From NCBI GenBank assembly GCA_039683575.1, contig JBDKRC010000162.1, forward strand, positions 1 to 59,821: 59,821 nucleotides of DNA. Direction: 5' to 3'. This document shows positions 28,531 through 37,482 of this stretch, piece by piece; within the stretch, counting starts at the first letter, position 1, and every line of letters begins with the position of its first letter. The position numbers and the translations under genes are program-made. Under the pieces are notes generated by a model that worked only from the letters and a program-made list of their open reading frames with translations, did no database searches and had not been told where the DNA came from. This DNA comes from Armatimonadia bacterium (GTDB lineage: Bacteria > Armatimonadota > Zipacnadia > Zipacnadales > UBA11051).

Positions 28531-29505
28531 ATGGCAGTACGAGTCGGCTTTGTCGGCTGCGGCGGAATTAGCCGCTATCACATGGGGCATCTGGCGCAGA
28601 TCAAGGGCGCCGAGATGGTCGGCTTCTGTGACGTTCAGAAGGATCGCGCCGCCGCCGCCGCCCAGGATTTCGGCACCAAGGACGCGGTAGTCGCCACCGA
28701 CTACAAGAGCTTCTACAAGGACGTCAAGCTCGACGCCGTCTATGTGGGCATGCCGCCCTTCGCCCACGAGGAGCAGGAACTGCTCGCCGCCAAGGCTGGC
28801 CTTCACCTGTTCGTCGAAAAGCCCATCGCGCTGGATATGAAGCTTGCCAAGAAGGTAGAGCGCGAGATCGCCAAGGCTGGCGTCATCTCCACTTCCGGCT
28901 TCCAGGATCGCTACCTCGACATCATCGCCAGGTTGCAGAAGGACCTTGTCAAGAACCCGCCGGCCCTCGTCATGGGCTATTGGATGGGCGGCATGCCCGG
29001 CGTGTCATGGTGGCGGCGCAAGGAGCAGTCCGGCGGTCAGGCTGTCGAGCAGACCATTCACATCTTCGACATGGCCCGCTACCTCTTCGGCGAGATCAAG
29101 AGCGTCCAGGCCGTCGCCTCCAAGGGCCTCATGAAGGATGTCCCCAAGTACAACATCGAGGACGCCTCCGCTGTGAACCTCAAGTTCAAGAGTGGCCTGT
29201 GCGGCACCATCTTCTCGGCTTGCTGCCTCAAGGTCGGCCGCTGCGGGATGGACATCTGGACCAAGGAAGCCAAGTTTGAGTACTACGAGCGCCAGTCTGT
29301 CGTAACGGTCAAGGCCGGCGAAGAGCCCGTCAAGAACGAGGTCGCCAAAGACCCCGGCATGGGCATTGACCAGGCTTTCATCAACGCCATCAAGAAGGGC
29401 GACCAGTCGCTGCTGAAGTCCAGCTACGCCGACGCGGCCAAGTCCCTCGCAGTGGTGCTCGCGGCCAACGAATCAATGGCCACCGGCGAGACGATCAAGC
29501 TCTAG
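28531..29505 (+). CDS. Gfo/Idh/MocA family oxidoreductase
   Basis: GFVGCGGIS, LFVEKPIA, SGGQAVEQTIHIFD; start could be 28528. Confidence 0.92.
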   Translation: MAVRVGFVGCGGISRYHMGHLAQIKGAEMVGFCDVQKDRAAAAAQDFGTKDAVVATDYKSFYKDVKLDAVYVGMPPFAHEEQELLAAKAGLHLFVEKPIALDMKLAKKVEREIAKAGVISTSGFQDRYLDIIARLQKDLVKNPPALVMGYWMGGMPGVSWWRRKEQSGGQAVEQTIHIFDMARYLFGEIKSVQAVASKGLMKDVPKYNIEDASAVNLKFKSGLCGTIFSACCLKVGRCGMDIWTKEAKFEYYERQSVVTVKAGEEPVKNEVAKDPGMGIDQAFINAIKKGDQSLLKSSYADAAKSLAVVLAANESMATGETIKL

Positions 29506-29527
29506 AAACGTAAGGCCTCCGGTACCC

Positions 29528-29556
29528 CGCGTAGGTCGGTTCGTCCCGAACCGACA
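29528..29556 (+). repeat. GTAG-type REP, family A
   Basis: CGCGTAGGTCGGTTCGTCCCGAACCGACA, identical to 39033-39061. Confidence 0.85.
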
Positions 29557-29671
29557 ACGTCGGAGGGTCGCCTTACCATTCGTTACCCGTCCGTAAGGTA
29601 ACCGCCTCAGGCGCTGCCGAAGATGAAGGCACAGACCCTCATCACACGGCAGCGCCTGTTTCGGTTATACT

Positions 29672-31024
29672 ATGCACGTGACCAGACTCTCTCCTGAAGA
29701 ATCCTCCCCGCCCGCGGATGCGCTTCGCACTCGCGACCGGGTGCTGTATGGCCTCGGCCACTTCGGCCTGAGCCTCCTCGGCTACATGGTCGTCGCCTGC
29801 GTCATGCCCTTCTACCACCCCGCAAAGGCCACTGCGGGCGCGACCTCTCTCGTCTCCTCGGCCACCCTCATCGCCGCCGTGCTCTTCGTCGGGCGCTTGA
29901 TCGACTTCGTCGCCGACCCGCTCGCCGGCTATCTATCCGACCGCACCCACACCCGCTGGGGACGCCGCAAGCCCTACATGGTCATCTCTGCCCCGCTGCT
30001 GGCCCTCGCCTTCGCTTTCATCTGGCGCCCGCCGGTGCAAGGCTCCTCCGATACCAACGCCTGGTACGCCCTCATCCTGCTCTGCGCCGTGTTCATATTC
30101 TACGCGGCCTATGCCGCCCCGTACCTCGGCCTCCTGCCCGAGATCGCCCGCGGACGCAAGCCACGCGTCCGCCTCGCCACCGTCCAGGGGTTCTTCCACC
30201 TCCTCGGCATCACCGTGGCAGCCATCACGGTCGGCAATTTCTGCCCCGTGTACGGCTTCCCACGCGTTGCTGCCGCCCTGAGCGTCCTATGCCTGCTCTC
30301 CATGTGGGTCGCCTGCCTCGGGCCGCACGAGCCACCCGAGCACCTCCCGCCGCAGCACCGCGAGCTCGGACTGATGCAGGCTCTCAAGCGCACCTTCACC
30401 AACTGGCCGTTCCTGCTCTACTGGGCCGGCTACTACCTGCTCTGGACGCCCCTGCTGGTGATTCTCGCGGGCATGGAGTACGCCGCCTCTGCCTTCATGG
30501 ACCTGCAGCCCGGAGCCGCCGGGGCCATCGTAGCCGTCCCGCTCGTCGGGGGGATGCTCCTCTTGCCGCTGGCCAAGTGGCTGGTCGAGCGTCGTGGCCC
30601 CCGCTGGACCTTCCTCGCCGGACTGCTCTGGTTTGCGGTCACGGCGCCCCCGCTGGCCCTGGTCGGCCTGGGCGGGGATGCCCACACGAATCTCTGGCTC
30701 GCGCGCCTGCTAAGCGCCCTGCTCAGCCCCGCCGTCGCGGTCATCTTCACAGTCCCTTACACCATCATGGCCGACGTGTGCGACCTCGACTTCCGCCGGA
30801 CCGGCCATCACCGCGAGGCCATGTACTTCGGATTCCAGGGCTTGATGATGAAAGCCGGTCTCGGCTTTGCCCCGCTGATCGCCGCGATGACTATGCAGGC
30901 CTTCGGCACCAGTGGCGCCCTGCCGCTCGGCTACCGCATGTTCGGCCCTGTGGCCGGGGCCATGGCCCTGCTCGGGTTTGTCATCTTCCTCTTCTACCGC
31001 GAAGAGAGCACCGCCTCGGAGTAG
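29672..31024 (+). CDS. MFS transporter, glycoside-pentoside-hexuronide (MelB-like) family
   Basis: DPLAGYLSDRTHTRWGRRKPY, ADVCD..TGHHREAMYFG; 12 TMs. Confidence 0.9.
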   Translation: MHVTRLSPEESSPPADALRTRDRVLYGLGHFGLSLLGYMVVACVMPFYHPAKATAGATSLVSSATLIAAVLFVGRLIDFVADPLAGYLSDRTHTRWGRRKPYMVISAPLLALAFAFIWRPPVQGSSDTNAWYALILLCAVFIFYAAYAAPYLGLLPEIARGRKPRVRLATVQGFFHLLGITVAAITVGNFCPVYGFPRVAAALSVLCLLSMWVACLGPHEPPEHLPPQHRELGLMQALKRTFTNWPFLLYWAGYYLLWTPLLVILAGMEYAASAFMDLQPGAAGAIVAVPLVGGMLLLPLAKWLVERRGPRWTFLAGLLWFAVTAPPLALVGLGGDAHTNLWLARLLSALLSPAVAVIFTVPYTIMADVCDLDFRRTGHHREAMYFGFQGLMMKAGLGFAPLIAAMTMQAFGTSGALPLGYRMFGPVAGAMALLGFVIFLFYREESTASE

Positions 31025-31051
31025 CCGCCCGAAAAAACTGCAACTTTTTGC

Positions 31052-31079
31052 TAAAGCCGCACCTCAATCGAGCCGATGT
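31052..31079 (+). promoter_or_regulatory. sigma28 (FliA/SigD)-type promoter
   Basis: TAAA-N16-GCCGATGT directly upstream of flgM. Confidence 0.7.
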
Positions 31080-31114
31080 AAATGTCAGATTGGCTGTATC
31101 AGGAGCGACGACGT

Positions 31115-31408
31115 ATGCACATTGACCCTGTTCGACTGCAAAAACTGACGGCAGCGGGGGTGGAAAAGGTGAGCGCGGCACAGGTGGAGGGCGTGGAATC
31201 GGCAGCAGCGGCCAATCCGGCGGAGTCCGTGCAGCAAACCGACAAGCTGGCCCTGAGCCAGCAGGCGACCGAGGTCCAGGCCGCCCACGAGGCCCTGGCA
31301 GCAGTCCCGGAAACCCGCACGGACCTTATCAACCGTCTCAAAGCCCAGGTCCAGTCCGGAACCTACCAGATAGACCCGGACACGATCGCCGAAAAACTGG
31401 TGCAGTAG
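31115..31408 (+). CDS. flgM: Anti-sigma28 factor FlgM
   Basis: DKLALSQQA ... PETRTDLINRLKAQVQSGTYQIDPDTIAEKL; AGGAG RBS. Confidence 0.88.
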   Translation: MHIDPVRLQKLTAAGVEKVSAAQVEGVESAAAANPAESVQQTDKLALSQQATEVQAAHEALAAVPETRTDLINRLKAQVQSGTYQIDPDTIAEKLVQ

Positions 31409-31486
31409 CCGCCTCACTCTGGCCGTACACCGCTAACATTGCTTGTAGGAGCGCTCCTGGAGGCAGCAGAATCGAAGGGACCGTTG

Positions 31487-31516
31487 GCAGGTCCTCCGCC
31501 CTCCGCAGGCGAACCT
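31487..31516 (+). promoter_or_regulatory. SigH-like promoter motif, apparently leaderless
   Basis: GCAGGT-N18-GAACCT-N7-ATG; no SD. Confidence 0.5.
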
Positions 31517-31523
31517 CCCTCGC

Positions 31524-32276
31524 ATGTCCAACCGCGTCCTACTAATCATCGCACACCCCGACGACGAAATGCATATCGCTGGTACTCTCGCCCTGCAGGC
31601 CGCAGCCGGCATGGAAGTCACCATAGCCGTCGCCTCCAGCGGCAACCTCGGCGGCGCTCCTGAACTCACCAAAGAGGACCGCGCTGCCGTCCGCCGACTC
31701 GAGATGCAGGAATCCTGCGCGACCCTCGGCGCCCGCCTCGAATGGCTTGGCTACGGCGACGACAACCTTACCGGCGAATACTACGGCAACAATCCTGCCA
31801 TGGAGGCCGCCATTCGCACTGTCCTGCGCCGCGTGGACCCCGGTATGATCCTCATCCCCGCGCTGGATGACTACCACAAGCACCACCGCCTCGTGGCCGA
31901 AGTCGCGCTCAACGCCAGTTCGAACGCCTCCAATCCCACCGTCATCACCGACGATCCGCCCTCCAGCGCTATCCCGATCACCCTCCACCTCCCGCCCATG
32001 CCGCCGGGAGTGTTCAGCGCTGACGTCTACGTAGATATTTCCTCAACCTTCGAAAAGAAGATGGCGGCTTTGCGCTGCCACAAGAGCCAGTACGAGTACC
32101 TGCAGTCCCACCACCACACCGACATCTTCCAGCAGATCGAGGCCGCCGCGATCACGCACGGCGTCGCCTGCGGCGTCCAGTATGCCGAGGTTCTCAGCCT
32201 CTGTCGCCGCTTCAACCGCCCGACCACCCTCCAGCGCCTTGCCGGCTTCTTCCCGGCACTCAAAGGAGCTTCATGA
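31524..32276 (+). CDS. PIG-L/LmbE family deacetylase
   Basis: AHPDDE, RRLE, DYHKHH, YVDIS..KMAALRCHKSQ. Confidence 0.9.
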   Translation: MSNRVLLIIAHPDDEMHIAGTLALQAAAGMEVTIAVASSGNLGGAPELTKEDRAAVRRLEMQESCATLGARLEWLGYGDDNLTGEYYGNNPAMEAAIRTVLRRVDPGMILIPALDDYHKHHRLVAEVALNASSNASNPTVITDDPPSSAIPITLHLPPMPPGVFSADVYVDISSTFEKKMAALRCHKSQYEYLQSHHHTDIFQQIEAAAITHGVACGVQYAEVLSLCRRFNRPTTLQRLAGFFPALKGAS

Positions 32277-33217
32277 CGCCTCTCGGCCGCGACATGCTGG
32301 ACGTGTTGCCCTTTCGCGACCCGGAAGTCTGCGACCGCGTCCGCGCCATCGGCGCCTCTGAGATCACCCGCCGCGAGCCTGCCCACCACCCTGACTTTAG
32401 CCTGCGCGTCATCGGCGATGCCGCCAGCCTTCACCAGGCCCTCGCCGACGACATGTTCAATCGCATGGCCGAGGCCGCCAGGGTGGGGGAGAGCTTCGCG
32501 GGCATCTTCCCCGTCGGCCCCACCGGCCAGTACCCGCTGCTCGCCGAGAAGATCAACGAGACCCGCCTGCCCTGCGACCACGTGCATCTCTTCTTCCTCG
32601 ACGAGTACGCCTACGAGGACGGCCGCACGATAGACAAATCCTCCCCGTGGTCCTTTGAGCACATCGCCCACGACCTGCTCCTCGGCCGCCTGGACCCGCG
32701 CCTGTGCATCCCCCCGGACCAGGTACATTTCCCCGGTCCGGACAACGTGGACCGCTATGACGAACTCATCGCGGGAACCACGCAAGGCCGCGGCGCGGAC
32801 ATCGTCTACGGTGGCATCGGCTGGTCAGGGCACTTCGCCTTCTGGGACCCGCACCTGTGGGACGAGTTCGGCGGCGACCTTGAGGCGTGGAAGCAGGCCC
32901 ACACCTCCCACGTCCGCCTGCACCCGATGACGATCCTGCACAACTCTCTGCGGGCCGGCGGCGACTGGTCTTCGATCCCGCCCTGCGCTTACACCATCGG
33001 CCCCGGCGTCCTCCTCAGCGCCCAATATCGCAGCTTTTGGCTAACTGCGGCCCTCGGGGGCGGCATGAGTTGGCAGCGCTTCGTAGGCCGCCTCGCGACC
33101 CACGGGCCGGTCACGCCGCTCATACCCGCCTCCTTCCTACAGACCGCGCCAGGTGAGGTTGTCTTCCTGGCCGACATCGCGGACAACATCGGCGGACCAA
33201 AGACGCAGTGGCAGTAA
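32273..33217 (+). CDS. Glucosamine-6-phosphate deaminase/isomerase-like (NagB fold) protein
   Basis: PVGPTGQY, LDEY, GGIGWSGHFAFWDP, GPVTPLIPASFLQ; ATGA overlap with the upstream gene. Confidence 0.8.
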   Translation: MTPLGRDMLDVLPFRDPEVCDRVRAIGASEITRREPAHHPDFSLRVIGDAASLHQALADDMFNRMAEAARVGESFAGIFPVGPTGQYPLLAEKINETRLPCDHVHLFFLDEYAYEDGRTIDKSSPWSFEHIAHDLLLGRLDPRLCIPPDQVHFPGPDNVDRYDELIAGTTQGRGADIVYGGIGWSGHFAFWDPHLWDEFGGDLEAWKQAHTSHVRLHPMTILHNSLRAGGDWSSIPPCAYTIGPGVLLSAQYRSFWLTAALGGGMSWQRFVGRLATHGPVTPLIPASFLQTAPGEVVFLADIADNIGGPKTQWQ

Positions 33218-33231
33218 CGACTGGGGGAGAC

Positions 33232-33690
33232 ATGGATTCACGCTTCAAAGCTCACGTCGATCGCCTTCCGCAGCTCTTCGAGCAACTGGCTAGTTCGCCG
33301 TCCCTCGCTCTTGACAGTCTGCAGCATGTACCCCAACAAGGTATCTACGTGTTCTACGAGAATGAGCGTCCTATATACGTCGGTCGCTCAAACTCCATGC
33401 GACAGCGCCTTCGCCATCACTGCGCTAAGAGCTCAGACCACATGAGCGCCACTTTTGCCTTCCTGCTGGCCAGAGAAGCTGCCAGAGAGCAGGGACTTGA
33501 ACTGCCCGGTACACGATCTGCCTGTACGCAGGATGAGCGGTTCGCGCTACTGTATTCGGAAGCGAAGCGCCGTGTGGGGCGCATGCGCATCAAAGTGGTC
33601 GAGGTAACGGACCAGATTGAGCAGACGCTTTTCGAAGTCTACGCCGCCCTGGCACTGAACACGAAGTATAATGACTGGCGCACACATTGA
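33232..33690 (+). CDS. GIY-YIG nuclease family protein
   Basis: GIYVFY..PIYVGRS..MRQRL..H, later E and YN; GGGGGAG RBS. Confidence 0.8.
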   Translation: MDSRFKAHVDRLPQLFEQLASSPSLALDSLQHVPQQGIYVFYENERPIYVGRSNSMRQRLRHHCAKSSDHMSATFAFLLAREAAREQGLELPGTRSACTQDERFALLYSEAKRRVGRMRIKVVEVTDQIEQTLFEVYAALALNTKYNDWRTH

Positions 33691-33722
33691 GGATGCGTCA
33701 CTCACGCCATTAGGAGAATTAC

Positions 33723-34730
33723 ATGGACTTCGCCGCCTGGGGACACCCCTACAGGGAATTTCCCGCCGGACAGGACTCGCTCGATGACTTCCGCTGCGCC
33801 TTTGGCCGCCTCAAGGACAGTGGGCTCGACATCTACCTGCCCTTCATCATGACCCACGGCCAGCACTACTTCGAGTGCGACACCCTCGGCGCGCCCGAGC
33901 GCGACCTGCTCGGCCCGTGCCTGCAGGCCGCTGGCGAAGTCGGCATCGAAGTCCACCCCATCGTGGGTCTCGGCGCGGTCGGCATACTCCCCGAGGGCGC
34001 CAACTACCGCTACGATCCCGGTCCCGCCGGCGAGGACCTCCCCTCCTGGGCCCGCGAGTGGCCCTGCGCCGCTTGGCCCGAGAACCGTGAAATCACCTGC
34101 CGCCTGGCCAGCGAGGTCATGCGCGACTACAGCCCCGACGGCCTGCACATGGACTACATGCGCTACGCCAACACTCTCGTCCTCAACACCCACCCGTGCC
34201 AGTGCGCCGTCTGCCAGTCAGAGCGCGAGCAATGGCTCGGCAAGCCCCTCCCGGACGCCGACGACCTGCAGCAACCTGGTTACCAGTACCAGGAGATCCG
34301 CATGCGCAACCGCTTCGTCAAGAGCATCGTCCATGGCTTGCGCGAAGTCGCCGACGAGGCCGCGGCCCCGCTCTCCCTCGCCGCGCGGGCGCGCTATCTC
34401 AAGGACGCCGTGGCCGAGGGCCAGGACTGGGCTGAGTGGTGCCGCGAGGGCCTGCTCGACTTCGTCTGCCCGATGAGCTACAATCCGTGCCCCGACCGCT
34501 TCCAGCGCTTCGTGGCCGAGCACACCAACCTGCTCCTAGGCGCGGGCACGCCGCTGTACTGCGGCATCGGTCGCAGCTCCAGCCTCGGCAAGATCGACGC
34601 CGCCCAGATGGCCGACCAGATTCGCTACGCCGCCGATCAGGGTGCCGACGGCATCTGCATCTTCCACGTCGCGGCCCTCGAGGACGAAGACTACAAGGTT
34701 CTCACCGAGCTCGCCGAAAAACTGAAGTAG
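33723..34730 (+). CDS. GHL10/DUF187-like glycoside hydrolase (cytoplasmic)
   Basis: DGLHMDYMRY, GQDWAEW..GLLDFVCPMSY, GADGICIF. Confidence 0.8.
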   Translation: MDFAAWGHPYREFPAGQDSLDDFRCAFGRLKDSGLDIYLPFIMTHGQHYFECDTLGAPERDLLGPCLQAAGEVGIEVHPIVGLGAVGILPEGANYRYDPGPAGEDLPSWAREWPCAAWPENREITCRLASEVMRDYSPDGLHMDYMRYANTLVLNTHPCQCAVCQSEREQWLGKPLPDADDLQQPGYQYQEIRMRNRFVKSIVHGLREVADEAAAPLSLAARARYLKDAVAEGQDWAEWCREGLLDFVCPMSYNPCPDRFQRFVAEHTNLLLGAGTPLYCGIGRSSSLGKIDAAQMADQIRYAADQGADGICIFHVAALEDEDYKVLTELAEKLK

Positions 34731-34787
34731 TCGGCGACGACACGCCGCTATGTCCGCCCGTATCGCTAAGTGCGCAAAGCGACGTCC

Positions 34788-34815
34788 GCTGTAGGGCGGG
34801 GGCTCGTACCCCGCC
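34788..34815 (+). repeat. GTAG-type REP, family B
   Basis: GCTGTAGGGCGGGGGCTCGTACCCCGCC, identical to 37950-37977. Confidence 0.85.
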
Positions 34816-34850
34816 CGCCGTTATCTCCGACCACCAACGAGGAACACCGT

Positions 34851-35981
34851 ATGAAAACACTCCCGCCGGTCCGCATCAGCCGCGAGAGCTATCTCAAACT
34901 CGAACAAATCACCCGCGACACCCTCGCCGCCTGCCGCCACGAAGCCCAGGACGGCACTCCACTCTACTTCCCCGACGGCTCGGGGCACTACCCGGCCCTG
35001 TGGACCCGTGACTTCTGCTACATGGCCGAGGGTGCCGCGCAACTGATGGCCGCCGATGACATCCTCGCGGGCATAGACTACCTCCTCGCCGCCCAGCGCG
35101 ACGATGGCTACATCCCCGACCGCGTCCAGGCCGATGGCCTCGCCGTCTTCTTCCCGGGGCCTGTAGACAAGCCTATCGGCTCGTTGCCGCCCGTTGACAA
35201 CCAGCCCTTCATGGCCAAGCTCATCTGTGCCTACGCCGCGCGTAGCAAGGACTATCGCCGCGCCCGAGAGCGCATGGACCACGTCTACGCGGCGATGGAC
35301 GCCGTCCCCCGCGAAGCCGACGGCCTCGTCGCTGTTGATCGCAACAACTCCTGGGTGGACTACGGCTTCACCGACTGCATCCGCAAGACCGGCAAGACGC
35401 TCATGGGGTCCCTCCTGTACTGGGAAGCCTGCCAGCTTGTGGCCGAGACCTACCAGAAGTGGGAGCACCATGACGACGCCCGGGACTGGTTCGAGCGCGC
35501 CGAGCATGCCGGCCACCGGCTCTTCGAGTTCTGGGATGACGACCAGGGGATGTTCCGCGCCGCCATGGGCGACAATCGGATCGTGGACATCTGGGGCAGC
35601 GCCTATGCCGCGGTCTTGCGCGTCTCCTCCAAGACCCAGACCGAGCGCATCGCCTACTACCTCATGCGCCACAAGGGCGAGATCTTGCTGAATGGCTACG
35701 TCAGGCACCTGCCCGGCGGCGAGTACTGGCACAAGCTCTTCGTGGACGTCCCCCGCGACACCTACCAAAATGGCGGCTTCTGGGCCGTCCCGTCCGGCTG
35801 GGTAGCCCGCACCATCGCGACCGTTGACGAAGACTACGCCAACAAGATGATGGAGTGGCTGATCGCCCACTTCGCCGAGCACGGCGCCTGCGAGTGGATC
35901 AGCCCCGACCAGAACGTTCTCCCCCAATACGGCGCCAGTGCCGCCTGCGCACTAGGCTCAGTCACGCCCAAAAAAGGCTGA
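34851..35981 (+). CDS. Six-hairpin (alpha/alpha)6 glycoside hydrolase-like protein
   Basis: YPALWTRDF, YGFTD, YQNGGFW, terminal catalytic-like EW; GAGG RBS. Confidence 0.7.
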   Translation: MKTLPPVRISRESYLKLEQITRDTLAACRHEAQDGTPLYFPDGSGHYPALWTRDFCYMAEGAAQLMAADDILAGIDYLLAAQRDDGYIPDRVQADGLAVFFPGPVDKPIGSLPPVDNQPFMAKLICAYAARSKDYRRARERMDHVYAAMDAVPREADGLVAVDRNNSWVDYGFTDCIRKTGKTLMGSLLYWEACQLVAETYQKWEHHDDARDWFERAEHAGHRLFEFWDDDQGMFRAAMGDNRIVDIWGSAYAAVLRVSSKTQTERIAYYLMRHKGEILLNGYVRHLPGGEYWHKLFVDVPRDTYQNGGFWAVPSGWVARTIATVDEDYANKMMEWLIAHFAEHGACEWISPDQNVLPQYGASAACALGSVTPKKG

Positions 35982-35986
35982 ATAGG

Positions 35987-36013
35987 CGCGTGGTAGGCAT
36001 GCTCCGCATGCCG
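35987..36013 (+). repeat. GTAG-type REP, family C variant
   Basis: CGCGTGGTAGGCATGC-tcc-GCATGCCG. Confidence 0.75.
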
Positions 36014-36098
36014 GAACTCGGCCCCATGAAACCAAAACAGTCGGAGACCACTAGGCCTCCGACTGTTTTCTGTTTCTGTGTCCTTCTCTTTGCGCCGT

Positions 36099-36404
36099 TC
36101 AGTGCTTGATCCCCCACCAGAACCCCGCCGCAAACCCCCCCGTGAAGGGCAGATTATAAGTCAGTATCTTCCACAGCAGCCCGCCGCCGGCCTTAGCAGC
36201 CTCTCCCGCCGGCGCCGCCGCTTTCGCAATCAAATCCCAATGCCACTCCGCGATCCCATAGTACGCCAGCACCTGCATCAGGATGAACACCAGCCCGATG
36301 ATGCAGCCGACCACTCGCCCCGTCGTCTTGATGAAGGTAGCGGCCGCCCAACCCAGGAATCCGCCGATGCCCAGTGTCCCCACAAGTGGCAATAGCACGT
36401 CCAT
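36099..36404 (-). CDS. FUN14-domain small membrane protein
   Basis: LGIGGFLGWAA..FIK..GR ... LPFTGGFAAGFWWG. Confidence 0.8.
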   Translation of the reverse strand: MDVLLPLVGTLGIGGFLGWAAATFIKTTGRVVGCIIGLVFILMQVLAYYGIAEWHWDLIAKAAAPAGEAAKAGGGLLWKILTYNLPFTGGFAAGFWWGIKH

Positions 36405-36430
36405 AGAAGAAAACCTCCAGCGTGAGCGGA

Positions 36431-36459
36431 ATCATAATCGCCATGCCTCGCCAAGTCAA
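36431..36459 (-). promoter_or_regulatory. sigma70-type promoter
   Basis: TTGACT-N17-TATGAT on the minus strand. Confidence 0.65.
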
Positions 36460-36477
36460 TTCCGGGGCCTTGCCGCC

Positions 36478-36507
36478 CAAGGATAACCCGTCGCTCTCGC
36501 GGAACTA
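36478..36507 (+). promoter_or_regulatory. SigH-like promoter motif, apparently leaderless
   Basis: CAAGGA-N18-GAACTA-N6-ATG; no SD. Confidence 0.5.
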
Positions 36508-36513
36508 CACACC

Positions 36514-37482
36514 ATGTCTGCCGTCGCCGTGTCGCTAATCAACTGTCCTCCCGATTTAGACAAGCCACTGCGCCTCGCGTTGTTGCGGCACGACCTCCTG
36601 CCCGCCGACAAGCCCCACCTCCCGGCCGAGGTCATCATCCTCTGGCTCGACCGCCTCGACACCGCGGCCGACACCGTGCAATCCCTCCGCGCCGCTCAGC
36701 GCCATCCCCTCCCCGCCATCCTCGCGGTCGTCCCTGCGGCTGATGCCCCCGCCATCGCTGTTGCGGCCACCGTCGGCCTCGACGCCCTCACCACCTCCCG
36801 CGATCCCGCCGAGCTCGCCGCCCATGCCCGACTCCTCGCCAACTCCCGCGAGCGCTTCGCCGAGGCCAGCCCGCTCATGGGCCTTCCCGGCAACAATGCC
36901 CTGCAGCGCGAGATCGAGCGCCGCCTGCCCCTGCGCGGACAGCTCGCCGTCCTCGCCTTTGACGTCGACTTTTTCAAAAGCTATAATGACCGCTACGGCT
37001 ATGCCCGCGGTGACGGCCTGCTGGCCCTGGTCGGCTCAGCCATGCTGCAGGCGCTGAATAGCCTCGCCTCACCCGGCTGGTTTGCCGCCCACCTTGGCGG
37101 AGACGACTTCTTCTCCGTGGTCCACCCGCGCGAAGCCGAAGCCGTGGCCCGCCGCGCCATCGAAGTCTTCGAAGCTGGCCTGCCCTCGCTATATGATCCC
37201 GAAGACTGGCAGAGACAAACCATTATTGTCCGGAATCGTCGTGGTAAAATAGTAGAGCATCCCATCGTCTCTCTCACTGTCGCCGCGGTTACCAACGAAG
37301 CCGACGACCTGACCCATCCCGGTCAACTCGCCGCCGTACTCGCCGAACTCAAGAACTACGCCAAGTCGCTTCAGGGCAGCAACTACGTACCTGATCGTCG
37401 CCGCACCCATGACGTTGCCAGAGCCTTATCTTTGAAACCGTCGCAGCAAAGTTTATCCGCGGATGAGCCTGGAGGATCATGA
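36514..37482 (+). CDS. GGDEF-domain protein (GGDDF variant) with degenerate receiver-like N-terminus
   Basis: SPLMGLPGN, DVDFFKSYNDRYGYARGD, HLGGDDF. Confidence 0.85.
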   Translation: MSAVAVSLINCPPDLDKPLRLALLRHDLLPADKPHLPAEVIILWLDRLDTAADTVQSLRAAQRHPLPAILAVVPAADAPAIAVAATVGLDALTTSRDPAELAAHARLLANSRERFAEASPLMGLPGNNALQREIERRLPLRGQLAVLAFDVDFFKSYNDRYGYARGDGLLALVGSAMLQALNSLASPGWFAAHLGGDDFFSVVHPREAEAVARRAIEVFEAGLPSLYDPEDWQRQTIIVRNRRGKIVEHPIVSLTVAAVTNEADDLTHPGQLAAVLAELKNYAKSLQGSNYVPDRRRTHDVARALSLKPSQQSLSADEPGGS

